Below are positions 54,513 through 62,000 of a stretch of 62,000 nucleotides of DNA, piece after piece. The stretch covers positions 20,001 through 82,000 of the forward strand of contig NZ_JMCB01000006.1 of assembly GCF_000737315.1 (NCBI RefSeq). Reading direction: 5' to 3'. The stretch comes from Hyalangium minutum (GTDB lineage Bacteria; Myxococcota; Myxococcia; Myxococcales; Myxococcaceae). Each line of letters begins with the position of its first letter. Position 1 is the first letter of the stretch. The position numbers and the translations under genes are program-made. The notes under the pieces are model-generated. The model was not told the DNA's origin, searched no databases, and saw only the letters and a list, made by a program, of their open reading frames with translations.

Positions 54513-56306
54513 TCACCGCTTCGAGAGGAACTGGCGCTCCCACTCCTCCAGCATCCTCGCCAGCTTCATGCGCTGCGCTCCTGTCGTCGCGGCGTCCGCC
54601 ATCTTCTGGATCTCCATCAGCCGGGCCATGGCAGGAGAGAAGACGGCTTGCTGGTCCTTCCGGCTCAACCGAATGGTTGCGTCCGCCAGCCGCTGCTGCA
54701 GCACGTCCGGATTGAGCTCGATGTTGGGCGTGGCAGGTGGGGCGGCCGGCTCGGGAGAGACCATGAGGGTGGGTGCCTCAGAGGCTTTGGCTGTCGAACT
54801 CTTCGACAGAGTTCCTGGCTGCTGCACACCGGAAGGAGGAGGCGAGGCTTGGACTCCGTTCGCCGTGTCCCGCCCAGGAACCTTCGCGGGCTCGGTCAGG
54901 GCAGCCTCCTTGCTCTGCGGCACAGCCCTCCCTCTGGGAAGAGCCGAAGGGCGCCTTTGCGCCAAGTGATCCTCCTTGGGAGGGGGCTGCACAGCCTGGG
55001 TGGCTATCACTGGCTCAACAGCCCTGGGCGCCTCCGCCTGCTGAGGAGGCGGGGGCGCCTGAACCGGCGGCGCAGGTTCCTTCTCGGCCCGGGCCACGGG
55101 GGGTGGCTCCGTGGGCAAAGCCCTTCGGCCAAACCCGCTCAATCCCACCACGCCTGAAGCAACTACCAGGGACGCGGCCCCCAAGCCCATGACCCACAGA
55201 CGCCTGGAGGGCTTGGAGGGCACAGGGGCCGTGGCCGGTCCACGCAAGGACGCGGTGGCTCCCGCGAGGGAAACGGGCGTCAGCAGGGTAACGGTGGGAG
55301 GGTACACAGGCTCTGCCGCAACCTGTGACCCCTTCCCTGCGCCCGTGTCCTGTCTCGAGAGAAACGCATCGAGTTCCCGCCGCACTTCCTCTGCAGACTG
55401 GAAGCGTTGCGAGGGGCGCTTGGCGAGCAGCCTCAACACAATGCGCTCCAGTTCCAGCGGAACCTCCGGCGCCAGCCTGGACGGCTTCGGGGGCTCTTCT
55501 TCCACCTGCGCGAAGAGCACCTTCATCTGCTCACCGATGAACGGGCGCCGGCCTGTGAGCAGCTGGAAGGCAATCACTCCCACGGCGTAGAGGTCCGCGG
55601 TGGGCTCCACCTTCTCACCCCGGATCTGCTCAGGCGACATGTACTCGGGAGTTCCCAGAATGTGGCCTGACATGGTCAGAGCGCTGACGGTCTGGGACTG
55701 CGTCACCTTCGCGATTCCGAAGTCGAGCAACTTCACGGAGTGCGCGCCCTCGGCCTCCTGCTTCAGGAACACATTGCCGGGCTTCAGATCGCGGTGAATG
55801 ACGCCCCCGCGGTGCGCCGCCCCCAGCGCCGCGAGCATCTCATCGAGGATCTTCGCCGCCTCAATGGCGCCGAGCCTCACTCGCTTTCGGAGATAGGCGT
55901 CCATCGACACTCCGTGGAGCAGCTCCATCACCACATATGGGCGGCCGTCGAAAAGCTGCCCAAAGCCAAAGATGTCGATCACTCCCCGGTGCTGGATGGC
56001 GTTGACCACTCGCGCCTCTACCAACAGCCGCTTGACCAGTTCCCCTGCTTCAGCCAGCTCCGCCTTCAGGACTTTGATGGCGACCTGCTTCCCAATGAGT
56101 GGCTGGACGGCCCGGTAGACGATCCCCATGCCGCCCGCGCCGATTCGTTCCTTGATGATGTACTCGCTGACCTGCGTCTCAAGGAGTGGATCCCCCCCTT
56201 GCTCTGGAGGAGACGAAGGCTCCAAGGCATGACCGTCCCATGGGCAGAACACCATGCCACTCGGCAGCTGCTTGCTGCAGGCTGGGCACTTCATGGCCTG
56301 CTCCAT
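54513..56306 (-). CDS. Membrane Ser/Thr protein kinase with N-terminal Cys zinc-ribbon
   Basis: CPAC...FCPWDG, IGAGGMGIV, HRDLKPGN, DFGIAK, GTPEYMSPE, TM helix, Pro-rich tail. Start at MEQAMK. Confidence 0.92.
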   Translation of the reverse strand: MEQAMKCPACSKQLPSGMVFCPWDGHALEPSSPPEQGGDPLLETQVSEYIIKERIGAGGMGIVYRAVQPLIGKQVAIKVLKAELAEAGELVKRLLVEARVVNAIQHRGVIDIFGFGQLFDGRPYVVMELLHGVSMDAYLRKRVRLGAIEAAKILDEMLAALGAAHRGGVIHRDLKPGNVFLKQEAEGAHSVKLLDFGIAKVTQSQTVSALTMSGHILGTPEYMSPEQIRGEKVEPTADLYAVGVIAFQLLTGRRPFIGEQMKVLFAQVEEEPPKPSRLAPEVPLELERIVLRLLAKRPSQRFQSAEEVRRELDAFLSRQDTGAGKGSQVAAEPVYPPTVTLLTPVSLAGATASLRGPATAPVPSKPSRRLWVMGLGAASLVVASGVVGLSGFGRRALPTEPPPVARAEKEPAPPVQAPPPPQQAEAPRAVEPVIATQAVQPPPKEDHLAQRRPSALPRGRAVPQSKEAALTEPAKVPGRDTANGVQASPPPSGVQQPGTLSKSSTAKASEAPTLMVSPEPAAPPATPNIELNPDVLQQRLADATIRLSRKDQQAVFSPAMARLMEIQKMADAATTGAQRMKLARMLEEWERQFLSKR

Positions 56307-56615
56307 GGCATTTCCCCCAGCGGGTCGCTTGAGTCTCCAGAGTGGTGCCTCCAGAAGAGACGACGAGAGCACAAGGTCAAGCGTGCCTCACTCCCACTTT
56401 CGTACCAGCGAGCCTCTGCGCGTCCAGGGTTTGGGTTTCAACGAGCCCCCTGCTGAGCAAGTGGGCTCTGGGAATGCACGCCCTGGGTAAAGGAAAGCAG
56501 GCGGCCCACCAGGGCCCCGGTAGGAGGCCTCCCCCCTGAGCAGGGCAGCAGACACGGTCCGCCTCCCGGCCTCTCCATCCTTACGGTGAGTGGGAGAAAC
56601 GGGAGGCAGAACGCC

Positions 56616-56999
56616 ATGCATCACACCCGGGAAATTCCTCGCGAGGTCTGGTCCGACTATCTCACCCTGCTGAGCGGCATGAACCGCTCCCAGTGGGTTC
56701 GCATCGAGGCGGCCAGTATCGACATTGGTGAACAGCCCTTGGCCCAGCGCCTGCCGCTCATCGACATCTCCTACGTGGAGAAGGGCAGCGGACGAGATGC
56801 CATCGAGGTGACGGTGGGCCGTCCAGGCGAAGAAATCACCCACCGCATCTTCCACCCGGAGCGCATCTACGCGGACGAGAGTGAGAGCGGCGAGCTGGAG
56901 TGCCTGGACATCGAAGACACGGGGCGCACCAAGACGATCATCTTCTTCGAGCCCATGCAGGCCATCGACACGGTCTCGGACACGCAGCCGCAGGCCTGA
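56616..56999 (+). CDS. DUF5335-like protein
   Basis: MHHTREIPREVWSDYL..IGEQPLAQRLPLIDISY..ITHRIFHPERI..LDIEDTGRTKTIIFF. Confidence 0.72.
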   Translation: MHHTREIPREVWSDYLTLLSGMNRSQWVRIEAASIDIGEQPLAQRLPLIDISYVEKGSGRDAIEVTVGRPGEEITHRIFHPERIYADESESGELECLDIEDTGRTKTIIFFEPMQAIDTVSDTQPQA

Positions 57000-57013
57000 G
57001 CGGCCGCGCACCC

Positions 57014-57050
57014 AAAAGAAAAGGGGCGGACCCCGCGAGGAGCCCGCCCC
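57014..57050 (-). terminator. Rho-independent terminator of the S8 peptidase gene
   Basis: Minus strand GGGGCGGGCUCC-ucgc-GGGGUCCGCCCC followed by UUUUCUUUU. Confidence 0.8.
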
Positions 57051-57075
57051 AGAATGCCCACCCAGCTCTCAGGAA

Positions 57076-58605
<1,530 letters not shown>

Positions 58606-58738
58606 GTGATTCCTCGAAATACCCACGGGGGATGGCCCGCAAAGACAAAGGCCAGAGCCGCGCCCCGTTGAGGAGCACGACTCCGGCCTTCAAGACTCCG
58701 CCGTGGCTCAAGTGGCCACGGAGTTCTTTGAAATCAGC

Positions 58739-59536
58739 TTACGGGTAGAGAGCGCGAGCGCCAGTCTTGTCGGAGCTGGTGAGGACCAGGTCGCCCGAGT
58801 TCGTGCCGGCGCACTGGGGGTAGTGCATGACCGACTTGGAGTCGTAGCTGGTGAGCGCGCGCCAGTTCGCATCCTCGTAGCAGCCGGTGGAGGACAGGCG
58901 GGTGTGCTCGTGGCGGAAGCCGATGGTGTGGCCCAGCTCGTGGCGCAGGATGCCGGCCAGGGTGTAGGGCGAGATGCTGCCGAAGGCGCTGGTGCTGATC
59001 AGCACGTTGCGGGCCGAGCGGCCCGAGTTGGGGAAGAACGCGCGGGCCAGGTAGCTGGTGTCGCTCGTCTGGCGCACGTCGAACAGCACGCCCGTCTGGC
59101 TCGCGGTGCAGTTGCTGTCGTAGGTGCTGGAGTGCACGAAGTTGACGTTGGCCGTGGCCTCCCAGGCGGAAGCGGCGCTGGTCATCGCGTTCACCACGGT
59201 GCTGTAGCGGCTGCCGAAGCTGGAGCTGCTCACGCAGTAGGTGAGGTTGCGCGCCTGGGTGGAGCTCCACTTGATGTCGCCGCCGATGTAATACACGGCC
59301 AGCTCGCCCTCGCTGTGGTTCGCGGCGACGTTGTTGTCGTAGTACTCCTTGAGCGCCTGCTCGTTCTCCACCGCGATGTCCATGTCGACGATGTAGACGT
59401 CGCCGTCACCCTTGACGGCCGAGGCCTTGAACTCCTCCCACGACATGGGCGTCTTCTCCTGCGCCATGTCCTCGGAGCCACCACAGCCAAAGAGGGCCAG
59501 ACCCGCCAGCATCGCAACGGAACGGAACTTGAGCAT
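58739..59536 (-). CDS. M57-family (HEIGH-type) zinc metalloprotease lipoprotein
   Basis: Lipobox LFGC; HELGHTIGFRHEH; Met-turn SVMHY. Start trimmed to MLKFRS. Confidence 0.88.
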   Translation of the reverse strand: MLKFRSVAMLAGLALFGCGGSEDMAQEKTPMSWEEFKASAVKGDGDVYIVDMDIAVENEQALKEYYDNNVAANHSEGELAVYYIGGDIKWSSTQARNLTYCVSSSSFGSRYSTVVNAMTSAASAWEATANVNFVHSSTYDSNCTASQTGVLFDVRQTSDTSYLARAFFPNSGRSARNVLISTSAFGSISPYTLAGILRHELGHTIGFRHEHTRLSSTGCYEDANWRALTSYDSKSVMHYPQCAGTNSGDLVLTSSDKTGARALYP

Positions 59537-59833
59537 TCGTCTTCCTCGGGAAGCACTTCGGGGGATTGAGCCGGCCGCCTGGGACACCTGCAGCCGCGGC
59601 CGGCGCGCCTCTCCCTTGAGCAAGGCCCGGGCCAAACCCCAGGACAACGAAAAATCAGGGTTTACCCAGCAGAGAGGGGGAAACCCGGAGTGCTCAGACT
59701 CCAATATTCTGAGACAAATCTGTAAAAGAATGTGACAGTCCTGCGAACAAGTGCCCGGAGAGACACCGAAAGTGTGACTTGCGAGGCCCTGACTCAAAAC
59801 AGGACAGGAGCGTCCTGGATTGAGACACCCCGC

Positions 59834-62000
59834 TCAGCGGGCCCGGCCCACGAGCGCGAGGAGCTGGGCGCCATAGCGCTGCACCAGCTTGGGGCCCACG
59901 CCCGGGATGGACATGAGCGTCTCGTTGTCCGCGGGGCGCGTGGCGGCGAGAGCCCCCAGCACGCGATCCGTGAGGATGCGGAAGGCGGGGATGCGCCGCC
60001 GCTTGGCCTCGCCCAGGCGCCACGCCTTGAGCGCCTCGACCAGCGCGGGGGAAGGCATGGGCTCGAAGGCGCCCGGCCCGGAGCGCCCGCCCCGCCCACG
60101 CCGCACGCCTACGTCATCCTCGTCCCACTCGGTGGTGAGCTCGGAAGAAGGCTCGGAAGAGGGCTTCGGGGTGCGCTCCCACGCGGAGGCACGCCGTGGC
60201 TTCTCCGAGCGCTTCGTCGCCGCCTGGGTGCGGCGGACGCGGCGCTTCTTGGGAGCCTTGGCCTGAGGCGCGGGCGCTGCTGGGAGCATCACCACATCCG
60301 GCGCGAGCACACGGGTGCGCTGGCCATCGGGGGTGAGCGTCAGCCGCTGGAAGGTGATGCGCTGGCCGTCCTTCTCGAAGGCGTCCTCGCTCAGCCGGGC
60401 CAGCCCGGCGCGCACGAGCCCTCCCACGAGCCGCTCGAACTCCCGGCGCGGCAGGGACTCACCAAAGAGCTCGCGGTGCAGGCGGCCCGTGGCCTGTCCA
60501 TCCCGCTCGTGCAGCGCGTCCAGGATGCGCCCGAGCGACTGAAGCTCACCCTCACCGGGCTCGGCGAAGCGCAAGGTGACGCACGTCTCAGGGGCGCACA
60601 CGTCACACAGCCCACAGGCCCTGCCCGAGTCCTGCACATCACCGAAATGCTCCACCAGGTGCCGCATCCGGCAGCCCGAGGCCTCCGCGTACCGGCCCAT
60701 CTGCTCCAGGTGGAGCAGCTTGCGCTCACGCTGGGCCCCATAGGGGGTGGCCCAGCCAGGCCGTCCCCGGTGGACCTGCTCATCTGGCGTCATCACCAGG
60801 CCACCGTGGATCCACAGTTGCTCGACGGCCTTGTCGAAGACCTCGGGCTCCATGCGGACCCGGGCCTGGAGCGCCTCCTTGGGCTCCAGCTGCTCGCGAG
60901 CGGCGCGGTAGAGGCCTTCGAGGACGCGGGGCTCGGGGTAGTCGCGTTGGTGGAAGAACTCGTGGGTGCGACGATCCACATAGGAGTGGAGCAGCACGGC
61001 GCGGGACAGCTTGCCATCCCGCCCCGCGCGTCCCAGCTCCTGGTAGTAGCCCTCGAGGCTCGAGGGCAGCGCGGCATGGAGCACGGTGCGCACGTCCGCC
61101 TTGTCGATGCCCATGCCGAACGCGGTGGTGGCGACGATGACCTTCACGCGGCCCTCGAGGAACGCGGCCTGGACGCGGTCTCGCTCCGCGGGCTGCATGC
61201 CCGCGTGGTACACGGCGGTGGGAAAGTCCGAGCTCAGCACCTCCGCGAACTGCTCGGCGTGCTTGCGCGTGGAGGCGTAGACGATGGCCGGGCGCCGCTC
61301 CGGTTCGGAGAGCACGTCACGGATGGCCTCGCCGCGCTGGCTCGGGGTGAGCTCGCGCACCTCGAGGGCGATGTTGGTGCGGCGGAAGCCGTGGATGAAG
61401 GTGCGCGCCGCGCCACCTCGAACGCCCTTCAGCCCGAGCTGCTGGACGATGTCCTTCTGCACGTCCGGCGTCGCCGTGGCGGTGAGGGCCACCACGGGGG
61501 CGGGGCGCAGCAGGGGCAGCCGCGCGCCGAGCAACCGGTAGTCGGGGCGGAAGTCATGCCCCCACTGGGAGATGCAGTGAGCCTCGTCGATGGCGATGAG
61601 CGCGGGCGGGCGGCGGGCCAGCAGCTCCACGAAGCCGGGCACGCCGAGCCGCTCGGGCGCAATGAAGAGAAAGTCCAGGTGGCCCTCGAGGTAGTCCGCG
61701 CACACCTGCCGGGAGGTGGCCCTGTCCCGCCCCGAGTGGATGCGCTCCGCCGCGAACCCGAGCGACTGGAGCCGCGTCACCTGGTCCTCCATGAGCGCGA
61801 TGAGCGGGCTCACCACGAGCGTCGTCCCCGCGCGCGCCAGGCCCGGCAACTGGTAGCACAGCGACTTGCCCGCTCCGGTGGGCATCACCAGCAGCAGGTC
61901 CTCCCCCATCGTGGCGGCCCGGCAGACATCCTCTTGATAGGGCCGGAAGTCTTCGAAGCCGAACGCCTCCTTGAGAAGCTTGCGGAGCTCACCGGGCGGC
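59834..62000 (-). CDS. recQ: RecQ-family ATP-dependent DNA helicase with HRDC domain; 5' end runs off window
   Basis: [70 protein letters not shown]. The frame stays open past 61909 ([10 protein letters not shown]). Confidence 0.9.
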   Translation of the reverse strand, partial: PPGELRKLLKEAFGFEDFRPYQEDVCRAATMGEDLLLVMPTGAGKSLCYQLPGLARAGTTLVVSPLIALMEDQVTRLQSLGFAAERIHSGRDRATSRQVCADYLEGHLDFLFIAPERLGVPGFVELLARRPPALIAIDEAHCISQWGHDFRPDYRLLGARLPLLRPAPVVALTATATPDVQKDIVQQLGLKGVRGGAARTFIHGFRRTNIALEVRELTPSQRGEAIRDVLSEPERRPAIVYASTRKHAEQFAEVLSSDFPTAVYHAGMQPAERDRVQAAFLEGRVKVIVATTAFGMGIDKADVRTVLHAALPSSLEGYYQELGRAGRDGKLSRAVLLHSYVDRRTHEFFHQRDYPEPRVLEGLYRAAREQLEPKEALQARVRMEPEVFDKAVEQLWIHGGLVMTPDEQVHRGRPGWATPYGAQRERKLLHLEQMGRYAEASGCRMRHLVEHFGDVQDSGRACGLCDVCAPETCVTLRFAEPGEGELQSLGRILDALHERDGQATGRLHRELFGESLPRREFERLVGGLVRAGLARLSEDAFEKDGQRITFQRLTLTPDGQRTRVLAPDVVMLPAAPAPQAKAPKKRRVRRTQAATKRSEKPRRASAWERTPKPSSEPSSELTTEWDEDDVGVRRGRGGRSGPGAFEPMPSPALVEALKAWRLGEAKRRRIPAFRILTDRVLGALAATRPADNETLMSIPGVGPKLVQRYGAQLLALVGRAR

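Overview
High-GC DNA with myxobacterial-style gene content (orphan sensor kinases, Ser/Thr kinases, secreted proteases; taxon is my inference). I read about 33 probable CDSs. The main feature is a ~25.5 kb block, all on the minus strand (31281 to 5812), with two parts. (i) A five-gene alpha-2-macroglobulin operon (yfaP/T/A/S/Q-like). Its A2M keeps an intact GCLEQ thioester, and its last gene fuses an HExxH zinc-peptidase domain, a PBP-type domain with SxxK/SxN/KTG motifs and a SpoIID-like domain. (ii) A tightly coupled three-gene cassette that looks like a signal-peptide-dependent polymorphic toxin system I do not recognise as described: a 2797-aa QW-toroid/CARDB/FG-GAP/Ig protein, a 2140-aa protein with an apparently inactive transglutaminase-like domain, an RHS core and a low-GC C-terminal tip (TM helix plus degenerate AExxH zincin motif), and a 110-aa two-TM immunity candidate. 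The rest is mostly ordinary: osmoprotectant ABC genes, four histidine kinases, desaturase, KAS III, GNAT, esterase/ATP-grasp pair, ettA, FHA protein, ABC-2 transporter, two Ser/Thr kinases (one followed by an in-frame kinase remnant), a CBM32 protein, treZ, S8 and M57 lipoprotein proteases and a partial RecQ. I saw no rRNA, tRNA, CRISPR or transposase. Domain names come from motif recognition by eye, not database searches.
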